Shown here piece by piece: positions 42,358 to 52,118 of a stretch of 64,000 nt of DNA. Under the pieces are notes generated by a model. The model searched no databases. It saw nothing but the letters and a program-made list of their open reading frames with translations, and was not told the DNA's origin. The position numbers and the translations under genes were made by a program. The DNA comes from Escherichia phage fp01: the sequence record NC_048731.1; one strand, 5' to 3'. How positions within the stretch are numbered: the first letter of the stretch is position 1; every line of letters begins with the position of its first letter.

Positions 42358-43140
42358 TTGATGAAAATCGAAATTCCAACACAATGTCCCTCTTGTGGTT
42401 CTAAGCTAGATCTTGTCAACGGACAATTATTCTGTCGGAATAAGTCCAACTGTCCAGCGCAATCAAGTAAGTTAATTGAGAACTTCTGTACAAAAATGAA
42501 GTTAAAGGGCTTTGGCCCAAAAACTATTGAGAAGCTGGAGCTGACGAAGATTTCAGAACTATTTTACCTAACCGAAGAAGATTTGGTTAGAGCCGTGGGT
42601 AGCAAGGTTGCCGCTAAGTTAATTAGCGAATTAAATACTAAAGTTCGCGGAGACATTGACTTTGGTTCAGTTCTCGGTTCTTTAGGAATCCCTCTAATAG
42701 GAGAGGTTGCAGCAAAGAAATTATCCCAAAATTGCACTAGCTTCCACGATGTGAAGGCTGACGGCAAGGCTGGAGAAAATTATAAAGCCTGGCTAAATTC
42801 CCCACAAGGCAGGGATGTTATCGAACTACCGTGGAAATTTTCAACCGGTATTAAGGGCACTAAAGCTAATATCATCATTACAGATGAATTAGTTGCCCAG
42901 CCAAATGGAATCGCGGTATGTATTACCGGATCTTTGCAAGATTTTGCAAATAGAACGGATGCAACAAACTATTTAGAAGGTCTAGGATATACGGTTAAGA
43001 AATCCGTTACCAAAGACGTCAAATACCTGATCTGTGAGGATGAATCAAAACGTTCTTCCTCATCTTATAAGAAAGCCGAAACGAATGGGATAGAAATCCT
43101 GTCGATTAAAGAACTATTGGAGAAAAATAATAATGTCTAA
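42358..43140 (+). CDS. NAD-dependent DNA ligase, Zn-finger/HhH/BRCT subunit (ligase part B)
   Basis: 260 aa; CPSCGSKLDLVNGQLFCRNKSNCPAQ zinc finger; C-terminal BRCT-like region. Confidence 0.8.
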   Translation: MMKIEIPTQCPSCGSKLDLVNGQLFCRNKSNCPAQSSKLIENFCTKMKLKGFGPKTIEKLELTKISELFYLTEEDLVRAVGSKVAAKLISELNTKVRGDIDFGSVLGSLGIPLIGEVAAKKLSQNCTSFHDVKADGKAGENYKAWLNSPQGRDVIELPWKFSTGIKGTKANIIITDELVAQPNGIAVCITGSLQDFANRTDATNYLEGLGYTVKKSVTKDVKYLICEDESKRSSSSYKKAETNGIEILSIKELLEKNNNV

Positions 43141-43900
43141 ACTGAACTGGAACGTAGAAGGTGTAACCGAGTCTCTGAAAGCAAAAGCCACTGCTCTGGG
43201 TGTTTCTGTAATCTCTCAAGAACAAGTAGCTGCTATCGCTGCTGAACTGGCTGCTGAAACTGGCAAAGATGTTACTGCCCGCTCTGTTGGCTCTAAACTG
43301 CGTAAAGAAGGTTTTGAAGTACAGAAAGCTAACGAAGTACAGAAATCCCCGTGGACTCCTGAGCAGGAAGCTGAACTGGTTGATTTCCTGAACGCTCATG
43401 CTGGTCAGTATACCTATGCTGAAATCGCTGCTGCTGTAGCTGGTGGCCAGTTCGGTGCTAAACAGGTACAGGGTAAGATTCTGAGCCTGGAAATGACCGC
43501 TTCTGTTAAGCCAACCGAAAAAGCTGCTGCTGTTCGTTCCTTCACTCCGGATGAAGAAACTGATTTTGTTAATCAGGTTGTTGCTGGTGCTACTATTGAA
43601 GCTATCGCTGCTCACTTCGGTCGTAATATCAAGCAGATCCGTGGTAAAGCTCTGAGCCTGCTTCGTGAAGGTCGTATCGCGGCTATGCCGGTACAGGAAA
43701 CTTCAAGTGCTAAAACTCGTGAAGATCTGTTAGAAGGTCTGGATCTGGTTAACATGACTGTTGCTGAGATCGCTGAGAAAACTGGTAAATCTGAGCGCGG
43801 TGTTAAATCTATGCTGTCTCGTCGTGGTCTGGTTGCTAAGGACTATGATGGTGCCGCTAAGCGTGCTAAACTGGATGCAAAAGCTGCGGCTGTTGAATAA
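43133..43900 (+). CDS. abundant-type repeat protein (four ~55-aa HTH-like repeats), E. coli-optimal codon usage
   Basis: 255 aa; repeated ...EIA...G......K.LSL... modules; strong CTG/GCT/CGT/GGT codon preference unlike neighbouring genes. Confidence 0.6.
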   Translation: MSKLNWNVEGVTESLKAKATALGVSVISQEQVAAIAAELAAETGKDVTARSVGSKLRKEGFEVQKANEVQKSPWTPEQEAELVDFLNAHAGQYTYAEIAAAVAGGQFGAKQVQGKILSLEMTASVKPTEKAAAVRSFTPDEETDFVNQVVAGATIEAIAAHFGRNIKQIRGKALSLLREGRIAAMPVQETSSAKTREDLLEGLDLVNMTVAEIAEKTGKSERGVKSMLSRRGLVAKDYDGAAKRAKLDAKAAAVE

Positions 43901-43917
43901 TCTGGTAAATTAAACCT

Positions 43918-43950
43918 AAGGGGAGGGGGCTATGCTCCTTCCCCTTTTTG
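43918..43950 (+). terminator. terminator-like hairpin plus T-run after the repeat protein gene
   Basis: AAGGGGAGGGGG...CTCCTTCCCC hairpin followed by TTTTTG. Confidence 0.45.
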
Positions 43951-43982
43951 CATTTAGAAGGCACGAAAGCGTGCAAAGGAGA

Positions 43983-45455
43983 ATGACCTTGTTTAACGTG
44001 CAAGCTGTAGTGTTGAAGATGCTTCTAGCTTCCGAACAGAAGCAAATAGCATTGGAAACATTCTCAAAACTGCATAAAGATCATTTTAATGACGCTTTCT
44101 CCTCAATTTACCAAGCCGTCCAGAATTATTATAAAAAATATAACACAATGCCGTCCATTGACGCACTTATGCTTGAAGCTAATAGGAACGCCCGCCTTTC
44201 TCAAGCTCTAGTCGTCTTAGCTAACACTCAAATTCCAGAAGTGAGCATGGAACAGGCACTTGAAGTCCTAGAAGCCGAGTATACGCAGGATTTATTCTTG
44301 AAGCTTCTAGAAACAGACGTGCTTCAAGATTTAACAATGCTGGATCAGGGAGAAATTCTCAACCGAGTTGCCTCCCTTCACTTAAAATTAGAAGAGAAAG
44401 TAACGAATACTGGAAAAGTATTCAACGCAGATAACATGCGTATTTTCCAGAGAGAAGAAGATACCAAACTGAACTTAATCGCTCTTGGTATTTGTAATGA
44501 GTTCGACGCTCAAATTGGTTTAGCTCGCACAGAAACGTTACTGCTTGGTGGTTGGCGTGGTACTGGTAAATCCATTATCTGTTCAAACATACAGGTTCAG
44601 CAATATTTGAATGGAGATATTGCTCCATACTTCTCAATTGAGATGAAAGAACATGAAGTATTTAGACGTAATCTAGCCATGTTAGCTGGTGTATCAGCAC
44701 TAGCAATGCGTAATAATACTCTAGAAGGTGCAGCTCTGTTGAGATTAGCCAGAACTAGAGCTAGAATGTTTAATGGTGGTGAAGAGCTTTTCGATAACTT
44801 CGTTAAACAGTATACAATGGCTAAGATGAGTGATTTCTACGATATGGAGAGTAAGCTAATAGAAGGGTATGAACTACATACTCCTATGATTATTGTTTAT
44901 GATCCTGAACTGTCCATTACAACAGTTGACGTAGAATTAAATAAGTTAGTTGCTAGATATGGTGATAAAGTTACAGTAGCTTTACTTGATTATATTAACC
45001 AAACCCGACTTCCAGACTCTAAAACCATTGATATGTATGACTGGAAAGAACAGATGGTTGTTAGCTCGTCTTTCAAATCTATCTGTCAGAAACATAACGT
45101 GGCTGGCGTAGCTCCTTACCAGATCGATCAAGATGGTAGAACACGTATGTCAAAGGGGATTCTTGATTCCGCAGACATGGCTGCTAATCTTAATGCTGCA
45201 AAAGCTGATAATGGTCAAGGTGCTATTATGTTTGACTTCGTTAAGACTCGTTCTTCTGATAGCGTGAAGTTTATGCCTAAAATGAACTGGGAAACCCTGC
45301 GGATGGATAACACTACCAATCTAGCAATGGAAGATATATCTCAAATGGAAGCTGAGTTCGTTATCCCTATTGAGAAGGATAAGCCGGCTCAACCTAAACG
45401 TGCTAAGAAAGACAAAACTGAAAATTCAACAGGTGAACAGGCCAGCGATATATGA
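43983..45455 (+). CDS. DnaB-like replicative helicase
   Basis: ORF track 43932..45455; start moved to ATG 43983 (MTLFNVQ...) after AAGGAGA SD and downstream of the hairpin; Walker A GGWRGTGKS. Confidence 0.75.
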   Translation: MTLFNVQAVVLKMLLASEQKQIALETFSKLHKDHFNDAFSSIYQAVQNYYKKYNTMPSIDALMLEANRNARLSQALVVLANTQIPEVSMEQALEVLEAEYTQDLFLKLLETDVLQDLTMLDQGEILNRVASLHLKLEEKVTNTGKVFNADNMRIFQREEDTKLNLIALGICNEFDAQIGLARTETLLLGGWRGTGKSIICSNIQVQQYLNGDIAPYFSIEMKEHEVFRRNLAMLAGVSALAMRNNTLEGAALLRLARTRARMFNGGEELFDNFVKQYTMAKMSDFYDMESKLIEGYELHTPMIIVYDPELSITTVDVELNKLVARYGDKVTVALLDYINQTRLPDSKTIDMYDWKEQMVVSSSFKSICQKHNVAGVAPYQIDQDGRTRMSKGILDSADMAANLNAAKADNGQGAIMFDFVKTRSSDSVKFMPKMNWETLRMDNTTNLAMEDISQMEAEFVIPIEKDKPAQPKRAKKDKTENSTGEQASDI

Positions 45456-46342
45456 GTAGAATAACAGAACTACTTGATCTGAAAGGCATTGAATATAAAG
45501 ACACAGGTGGGGACATCCTCATCTGTTGTCTCAATCCAGATCATGACGATAAACACCCAAGTTTGCGTATTGATCCTGAAACAGGTATTATGCACTGCTT
45601 GAGTTGTGGCTTCGGTAAAGGTATACCGAGCATTTACCATTATTTTAATGAGACTCAGTACCGACAGTCTCCAAGACTATCGCAGGTACGTAAAAAGATT
45701 TCAGAGATTAGGAATGGATCTACGAATCTTGCAATTCCTGAATCTGCTTACCTTTTCGAAGGTGATTTCCGAGGTATAAGTTCTAAGACCTTGAAGAAAT
45801 ATTTTGCTTTCCAACACCAAGCAGACTGGGAAGGCAGAATTGTATTCCCAATCACAGATGCTGTTGGACGCAATATCCTATTTTTGGGTCGTTCTATAAA
45901 CAGTTCTGCCCCTCCTAAATACTTAGTAAAACCAAAACAAGTTTCACCACCGATTTTCCCTGTACGATATAATACTCCAGTTCTTATTCTAGTTGAAGGT
46001 ATCTTTGATATGCTGAACCTAGAGGATAATGGTATAGACTATGCTTCTTGCTGCTTTGGCACACATCAGTTCACCTCAGATAACATTGCAGATAAGTTCA
46101 GTCCTTATATTATTGCTGGTGTTAAAGTTGTTGTTATCTTACTAGATAATGATGCTTCTGGTAATAAGGCTGCACAAGCATTGGCCAAATTAATTCGTAC
46201 AAAAACGCGTTTAACACCTGTAGTTGCTAACTTTCTTCTACCAGAAGGCAAAGATCCAGGTGACTTAAACAAAGATGAAATTGATATGTTAGCAAAACGT
46301 ATTGAAATTTTAGTTGCTGAATCGCTTAAAGATTTGGTATAA
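45452..46342 (+). CDS. DNA primase (DnaG-like: CHC2 zinc finger plus Toprim)
   Basis: 296 aa; CCLNPDHDDKHPSLRI...HCLSCG zinc finger; Toprim EGIFDMLNL...LLDNDASGNKAA. Confidence 0.85.
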   Translation: MSRITELLDLKGIEYKDTGGDILICCLNPDHDDKHPSLRIDPETGIMHCLSCGFGKGIPSIYHYFNETQYRQSPRLSQVRKKISEIRNGSTNLAIPESAYLFEGDFRGISSKTLKKYFAFQHQADWEGRIVFPITDAVGRNILFLGRSINSSAPPKYLVKPKQVSPPIFPVRYNTPVLILVEGIFDMLNLEDNGIDYASCCFGTHQFTSDNIADKFSPYIIAGVKVVVILLDNDASGNKAAQALAKLIRTKTRLTPVVANFLLPEGKDPGDLNKDEIDMLAKRIEILVAESLKDLV

Positions 46343-46404
46343 TATATTGGTAAGTTAGAGAAGAAACACTGAAGTTATACTTACTTACCAAGAGGAGATT
46401 AAAT

Positions 46405-48972
46405 TTGAAAATCGCAGTAGTTGATAAAGCTCTAAATAACACTCGTTACGATAAACATTTCCAGCTATACGGCGAGGAAGTTGATGTATTCCATATGTGT
46501 AACGAGAAGTTATCTGGTCGTTTGCTTAAAAAGCACATTACTATTGGAACACCAGAAAACCCATTTGATCCGAATGATTATGATTTTGTTATACTAGTAG
46601 GTGCTGAACCTTTCCTGTATTTCGCAGGTAAGAAAGGCATTGGTGACTATACTGGTAAACGTGTAGAGTATAATGGATATGCTAACTGGATTGCGAGTAT
46701 CAGCCCAGCCCAGTTACACTTTAAGCCTGAAATGAAACCAGTTTTCGATGCAACAGTAGAAAATATCCACGATATTATCAATGGTCGTGAGAAGATTGCA
46801 AAAGCTGGTGATTACCGTCCTATTACTGACCCTGATGAGGCGGAAGAATATATCAAGATGGTGTATAATATGGTTATCGGACCTGTCGCATTCGACTCCG
46901 AAACCTCAGCACTATACTGTCGAGATGGTTATCTGCTAGGTGTTTCTATATCTCACCAAGAGTATCAGGGTGTATATATCGATTCTGATTGTCTCACAGA
47001 GGTTGCAGTATATTATCTCCAGAAAATTCTGGATAGTGAAAACCACACTATTGTTTTTCACAACTTGAAGTTTGATATGCACTTTTATAAGTACCATCTG
47101 GGACTTACTTTTGATAAAGCACATAAAGAACGCAGGCTCCATGATACTATGTTGCAGCATTATGTTCTAGATGAGCGTCGTGGTACTCATGGCTTGAAAT
47201 CTCTAGCAATGAAGTATACCGATATGGGTGACTATGACTTTGAACTAGATAAGTTCAAGGAGGATTACTGCAAAGCACATAAAATCAAGAAAGAAGATTT
47301 CACCTATGATTTAATTCCGTTTGATATTATGTGGCCTTACGCTGCGAAAGATACTGATGCCACCCTACGTTTGCACAACTTCTTCTTACCAAAAATTGAG
47401 AAGAATGAAAAACTTTGCAGCCTGTATTATGATGTCCTAATGCCTGGTTGTGTATTTCTCCAGCGTGTTGAGGATCGTGGTGTACCTATTTCTATTGATC
47501 GTTTAAAAGAAGCACAGTACCAGTTAACCCATAATCTGAATAAAGCTCGTGAGAAGCTGTATACTTATCCAGAAGTAGTTCAGCTAGAGAAAGATCAGAA
47601 TGAAGCGTTTAACCCAAACTCTGTTAAACAACTCCGTGTTCTTCTGTTTGACTATGTTGGCTTAACTCCAACAGGTAAATTGACGGATACTGGAGCAGAC
47701 TCTACAGATGCAGAAGCTCTGAACGAATTGTCTACGCAGCATCCAATTGCTAAGACTCTACTAGAGATTCGTAAGCTGACTAAGCTGATCTCTACTTACG
47801 TTGAGAAAATTCTTCTGAGTATTGATGCAGATGGTTGCATTCGTACTGGCTTCCACGAACACATGACTACTTCTGGTCGCCTGAGTTCTTCTGGTAAACT
47901 GAACCTGCAACAGTTACCTCGTGATGAATCTATTATCAAGGGCTGTGTAGTAGCTCCTCCCGGGTATCGTGTAATCGCATGGGACTTAACAACTGCGGAA
48001 GTTTATTATGCTGCTGTTCTATCTGGCGATAGAAATATGCAACAAGTATTTATCAACATGAGAAATGAACCAGATAAATACCCGGACTTCCACTCTAACA
48101 TCGCACACATGGTATTTAAGCTCCAATGCGAACCTCGTGATGTTAAAAAGTTATTCCCAGCTCTGCGTCAAGCAGCTAAAGCAATCACCTTTGGTATTCT
48201 ATATGGTTCTGGCCCAGCTAAAGTAGCTCATTCTGTTAACGAAGCTCTTCTGGAGCAGGCTGCTAAGACAGGCGAACCGTTTGTAGAATGTACGGTTGCA
48301 GATGCTAAAGAGTATATCGAAACTTACTTCGGTCAGTTCCCGCAGCTTAAGCGTTGGATTGATAAGTGCCACGATCAGATCAAGAATCATGGATTTATCT
48401 ATAGTCACTTTGGTCGTAAGCGTCGTCTGCACAATATCCACTCCGAAGACCGTGGTGTTCAGGGTGAGGAAATCCGTTCTGGATTTAACGCAATCATTCA
48501 GTCTGCTTCTTCTGATAGTCTCCTTTTAGGTGCTGTAGATGCAGATAATGAGATCATTTCTCTTGGCCTAGAACAAGAGATGAAGATTGTTATGCTGGTT
48601 CATGACTCCGTAGTTGCTATTGTTCGTGAGGATTTGATCGACCAATACAATGAAATCCTGATTCGTAATATTCAGAAAGACCGTGGTATCAGTATTCCTG
48701 GCTGTCCGATTGGTATTGATTCAGATTCTGAAGCTGGAGGTTCTCGTGACTACTCTTGTGGTAAGATGAAGAAGCAGCATCCATCAATCGCTTGTATTGA
48801 TGATGATGAATATACCCGCTATGTCAAAAGTGTGTTACTTGATGCAGATTTCGAGTATAAGAAACTAGCTGCAATGGATAAAGAGCATCCAGATCACAGC
48901 AAATACAAGGATGATAAGTTTATTGCTGTATGTAAAGATTTGGATAACGTGAGAAGGATTCTCGGTGCTTGA
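46405..48972 (+). CDS. family-A DNA polymerase with 3'-5' exonuclease domain (T5-type Pol)
   Basis: 855 aa; FDSETSAL exo motif, KAITFGILYGSG motif B, LVHDSVV motif C; TTG start after GAGGAG SD. Confidence 0.95.
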   Translation: MKIAVVDKALNNTRYDKHFQLYGEEVDVFHMCNEKLSGRLLKKHITIGTPENPFDPNDYDFVILVGAEPFLYFAGKKGIGDYTGKRVEYNGYANWIASISPAQLHFKPEMKPVFDATVENIHDIINGREKIAKAGDYRPITDPDEAEEYIKMVYNMVIGPVAFDSETSALYCRDGYLLGVSISHQEYQGVYIDSDCLTEVAVYYLQKILDSENHTIVFHNLKFDMHFYKYHLGLTFDKAHKERRLHDTMLQHYVLDERRGTHGLKSLAMKYTDMGDYDFELDKFKEDYCKAHKIKKEDFTYDLIPFDIMWPYAAKDTDATLRLHNFFLPKIEKNEKLCSLYYDVLMPGCVFLQRVEDRGVPISIDRLKEAQYQLTHNLNKAREKLYTYPEVVQLEKDQNEAFNPNSVKQLRVLLFDYVGLTPTGKLTDTGADSTDAEALNELSTQHPIAKTLLEIRKLTKLISTYVEKILLSIDADGCIRTGFHEHMTTSGRLSSSGKLNLQQLPRDESIIKGCVVAPPGYRVIAWDLTTAEVYYAAVLSGDRNMQQVFINMRNEPDKYPDFHSNIAHMVFKLQCEPRDVKKLFPALRQAAKAITFGILYGSGPAKVAHSVNEALLEQAAKTGEPFVECTVADAKEYIETYFGQFPQLKRWIDKCHDQIKNHGFIYSHFGRKRRLHNIHSEDRGVQGEEIRSGFNAIIQSASSDSLLLGAVDADNEIISLGLEQEMKIVMLVHDSVVAIVREDLIDQYNEILIRNIQKDRGISIPGCPIGIDSDSEAGGSRDYSCGKMKKQHPSIACIDDDEYTRYVKSVLLDADFEYKKLAAMDKEHPDHSKYKDDKFIAVCKDLDNVRRILGA

Positions 48973-49462
48973 TTTCAAATTGCCCGTATATGCTTTACGG
49001 GCGTTTGTATCAATTGAGCAAGAGGGTGATTATTCCGTAATTACAACAAGGTATAATAAATATGTGCTAGATAACAGGAAGTTGCCTGGCACGTTTTCTC
49101 AACGTAGGCTTATTCTATTTGAGAAACGGAAAGAATTACCCTACAAGCTCTACCCTATTAGAGGTAGAATATCAATGTTGTCTCAATTAGTTGGGTCAAA
49201 GCGTAGCCAATTTATAGATTCTGATGGAAATCTTATTAACTGGAAGAAAACTACATTCTATGATGTTGTCACCTCTAAAGTTTTGCATTCAGCTAGAATT
49301 TATAATGGAAAATACCAATGCTATGTAGCTAAAGTTCCATACCCATTTGTATTATCCTATGTTCCAGCTTATATAAGCTATATTCTGGTAAATAATAGCC
49401 CTGTTATTTACCAAGTCCATCAAGAGGAGCCTGAAATTCCTAGACTTAGAATAAAATTATGA
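48965..49462 (+). CDS. hypothetical protein
   Basis: ORF track 165 aa. Confidence 0.45.
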   Translation: MLDFKLPVYALRAFVSIEQEGDYSVITTRYNKYVLDNRKLPGTFSQRRLILFEKRKELPYKLYPIRGRISMLSQLVGSKRSQFIDSDGNLINWKKTTFYDVVTSKVLHSARIYNGKYQCYVAKVPYPFVLSYVPAYISYILVNNSPVIYQVHQEEPEIPRLRIKL

Positions 49463-50811
49463 AAGTTGTTATATCTAATAAAGCCTATTTCAAGCCCGAT
49501 GATGAACTTTGGGATTATTGTAGTAAGCAAACCACTTATCACATAGAGACAATGACTAGTAAATACCCTATTATGTATAAGAATAGTGGTGTTGTTGCCA
49601 AAGAGATTAAGTGGATTCCTATCACTCGTCTAGATTTATTAGATGCTAAAGGAGTAAAATACGAATTAGTCGATAAACGCACATTAGCTCCGGCAGATAT
49701 ACCAAAACCTAAGTTCAAGCTGCGTGAAGAAGATCAGCTTCCAATATACGAAGAATGCGATGATACCTGTATTATTAATGGTAAGCCTGGATTTGGTAAA
49801 ACTATCCTAGCCCTTGCACTTGCGTATAAATTTGGCCAAAAAACTCTGGTAATATGTACGAATACATCCATTCGTGAGATGTGGGCAGCAGAAGTTCGTA
49901 AATGGTTTGGGTTTGAACCGGGTATCATAGGTTCTGGGAAATACAATATTGATCCACCAATTGTAGTCAGTAATATTCAAACAGTGAATAAACATGCGAA
50001 TAATCTTTCTAAAGTATTCGGTACTGTTATAGTTGATGAAGTTCACCATTGTGTGGCTACAACTTTCACTAACTTCCTAGAAATATCATGTGCTCGCTAT
50101 AAGATTGGACTATCCGGTACATTAAAAAGAAAAGATGGTCTACAAGTTATGTTCAAAGATTTCTTTGGATATAAGATTTTTAGCCCACCGGTTAATAATA
50201 CTGTTGCACCTACAATCCATAGGTACTCTGTACCTGTTGAGTTATCAGGAAATCAGAATGTGCCATGGGCATTACGTGCTAATGATGTGTACAATCATCC
50301 TGAGTATCGAGAAACTATTATAAACCTAGCACATTTATATGTGAATATGGGGCATAAAGTACTCATTGTAAGCGATAGAACAGAGTTAATCCAAACAGTA
50401 CTAGAAGCTCTTGCACAGCGTGGTGTTACAACTTATGAAATTATAGGGGCAACCCACTTAGATGACCGATTAAAAATCCAGGAAGATATAGCAAAAGGTG
50501 GACCTTGTGTACTTGCAGCAGCTCAGAGTATCTTCTCTGAAGGTATTTCCCTTAATGAGCTATCTTGTTTAATAATGGGAAGTCTTATTAATAATGAATC
50601 TCTCATTGAACAGCTTGCAGGACGTGTTCAACGTATTGTCGATGGTAAACTCGACCCTATTGTTGTAGATCTAATCATGAAAGGTGGTACTGGGCTAAGA
50701 CAGGCTTCTGGACGTATGGCAGTATATCGTAACAACGGGTGGAAAACTATTACCACGACTCCGGAGAAAGCAGTTCAATTAGCTAAAATTGCATTTGGCA
50801 ACAGCTCATAA
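49459..50811 (+). CDS. SF2 DNA helicase (DExH-box)
   Basis: 450 aa; Walker A GKPGFGKT, DExH VIVDEVHH. Confidence 0.85.
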   Translation: MKVVISNKAYFKPDDELWDYCSKQTTYHIETMTSKYPIMYKNSGVVAKEIKWIPITRLDLLDAKGVKYELVDKRTLAPADIPKPKFKLREEDQLPIYEECDDTCIINGKPGFGKTILALALAYKFGQKTLVICTNTSIREMWAAEVRKWFGFEPGIIGSGKYNIDPPIVVSNIQTVNKHANNLSKVFGTVIVDEVHHCVATTFTNFLEISCARYKIGLSGTLKRKDGLQVMFKDFFGYKIFSPPVNNTVAPTIHRYSVPVELSGNQNVPWALRANDVYNHPEYRETIINLAHLYVNMGHKVLIVSDRTELIQTVLEALAQRGVTTYEIIGATHLDDRLKIQEDIAKGGPCVLAAAQSIFSEGISLNELSCLIMGSLINNESLIEQLAGRVQRIVDGKLDPIVVDLIMKGGTGLRQASGRMAVYRNNGWKTITTTPEKAVQLAKIAFGNSS

Positions 50812-50823
50812 ATGATGTATAAT
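50795..50823 (+). promoter_or_regulatory. T5-type promoter (TTGGCA-17-TATAAT) overlapping the helicase stop
   Basis: TTGGCA 50795-50800, TATAAT 50818-50823; downstream ATATATACATAAATTTGAGAGAG block. Confidence 0.5.
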
Positions 50824-50894
50824 ATATACATAAATTTGAGAGAGAAAGTTTCGGATTGATAAGAAAGTCCGAAGCAGAAAAATAAAAATTTTAG

Positions 50895-50924
50895 TTGCTA
50901 AATTCTCTCGAAATCTAGTATAAT
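50895..50924 (+). promoter_or_regulatory. T5-type promoter (TTGCTA-18-TATAAT), second of a tandem pair
   Basis: TTGCTA 50895-50900, TATAAT 50919-50924; downstream ATATACATAAATTCGAGGAG block. Confidence 0.5.
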
Positions 50925-51031
50925 ATATACATAAATTCGAGGAGAAAACAAAAATTAAATTCTTCGATTATGAAAAGCTATACTTACTAGCTAGAGGAAA
51001 TTCCGACCTAATTATTAAGCTATTCAAAAGA

Positions 51032-51316
51032 ATGCTTACAGAGCCTGATGCTCACCAACTATTGGTCGGTTCCTCATTCATTTTGAATGAATCAACTATT
51101 GTTGATAATCCAAATAAATTGTCTAATAGACAACTGGCAGAATATCTAGGAATTTTAAGTCTACGAAATTATGCCGAATACAAGTTTACAAACGATCCTA
51201 GTTTGGACATGCAATATGTTCCAGTATGGATACCACGTTTAGTAATCGACACTAACCCACTAATCGCAATTAACAAATCGAAATTAATCTTTAAAGAGGA
51301 AATAAAATATGGCTAA
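51032..51316 (+). CDS. hypothetical protein
   Basis: ORF track 94 aa. Confidence 0.4.
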   Translation: MLTEPDAHQLLVGSSFILNESTIVDNPNKLSNRQLAEYLGILSLRNYAEYKFTNDPSLDMQYVPVWIPRLVIDTNPLIAINKSKLIFKEEIKYG

Positions 51317-52082
51317 GTCTTGGGGCGAAACTACTGGCGGTTCTAACGATAAAATCGAATTCCTGAAGTTCAACAACGGTATCACTCGTGTTCGTATCGT
51401 TTCTGGTGTTCTTCCACGTTATGTCTATTGGCTGACTAATAAAGAGGGTAACGTAGCTCCTTTTGAATGTCTCCGTTTTAACCGTGACAAAGAGAGCTTT
51501 GTTCGTGGTAAAGCTGATCCAGTTCATGAGATGGGCTTCTTCGAGAAAGAGCTGGATAAAGATGGTAATCGTGTTCCGCTGAAACCGAAGAAAAACTATA
51601 TCGCTTTTGTTATTGACCGTTCTGATAACAAACTGAAAGTAATGGAAGTCAAGGCTACTATTCTGAAAGGCATCCAGTCTATCATGAAGCAGCTGAGCCT
51701 GGCAACTCCGTTTGATATTGATATTTCTATCGAGAAAAAAGGTAAAGGTTTCGATACTGAGTATGATGTACAGCAGATTGCTGCTATGCAGTTCCAGATT
51801 AAGCTGCAAGATCCTAACAGTGCGGAATCTAAGCAATATGCTGCGGATGTCGATCTGATCGGTGAAGCTATGTGTGATGAAGATGGCGACATCATTAAGT
51901 TCGAAAAAGTTCCTTCTCTGGAACAAACCTATCCGGTTCCTACCTATGAAGAGCAGAAAGAAGCAATTCAAGCCTTCATGGAGGGTCGTGAGAATAAAGA
52001 TGATGATGCCAAATCTGGTAATAGCAATGCAGGCTCCCAGAAAGGTATTGACTCAGAAGCTGCAAGCGATCTGGACGACTAA
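51309..52082 (+). CDS. putative ssDNA-binding protein with acidic C-terminal tail
   Basis: 257 aa; C-terminus ...AASDLDD; optimal codon usage; sits among replication genes. Confidence 0.5.
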   Translation: MAKSWGETTGGSNDKIEFLKFNNGITRVRIVSGVLPRYVYWLTNKEGNVAPFECLRFNRDKESFVRGKADPVHEMGFFEKELDKDGNRVPLKPKKNYIAFVIDRSDNKLKVMEVKATILKGIQSIMKQLSLATPFDIDISIEKKGKGFDTEYDVQQIAAMQFQIKLQDPNSAESKQYAADVDLIGEAMCDEDGDIIKFEKVPSLEQTYPVPTYEEQKEAIQAFMEGRENKDDDAKSGNSNAGSQKGIDSEAASDLDD

Positions 52083-52087
52083 TAAAT

Positions 52088-52113
52088 AGAGGGGCTTCGG
52101 CCCCTTTCTTTTT
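52088..52113 (+). terminator. rho-independent terminator (plus strand)
   Basis: AGGGGCTTCGGCCCCT hairpin followed by TTCTTTTT. Confidence 0.6.
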
Positions 52114-52118
52114 AACCA

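Noticed and set aside
43106-43615. Antisense ORF 43106-43615 (-) and ORF 42564-42767 (-)
   Set aside because: Antisense to the codon-biased repeat-protein and ligase B genes; Ser/Phe-rich low-complexity translation; artefact of biased codon usage.
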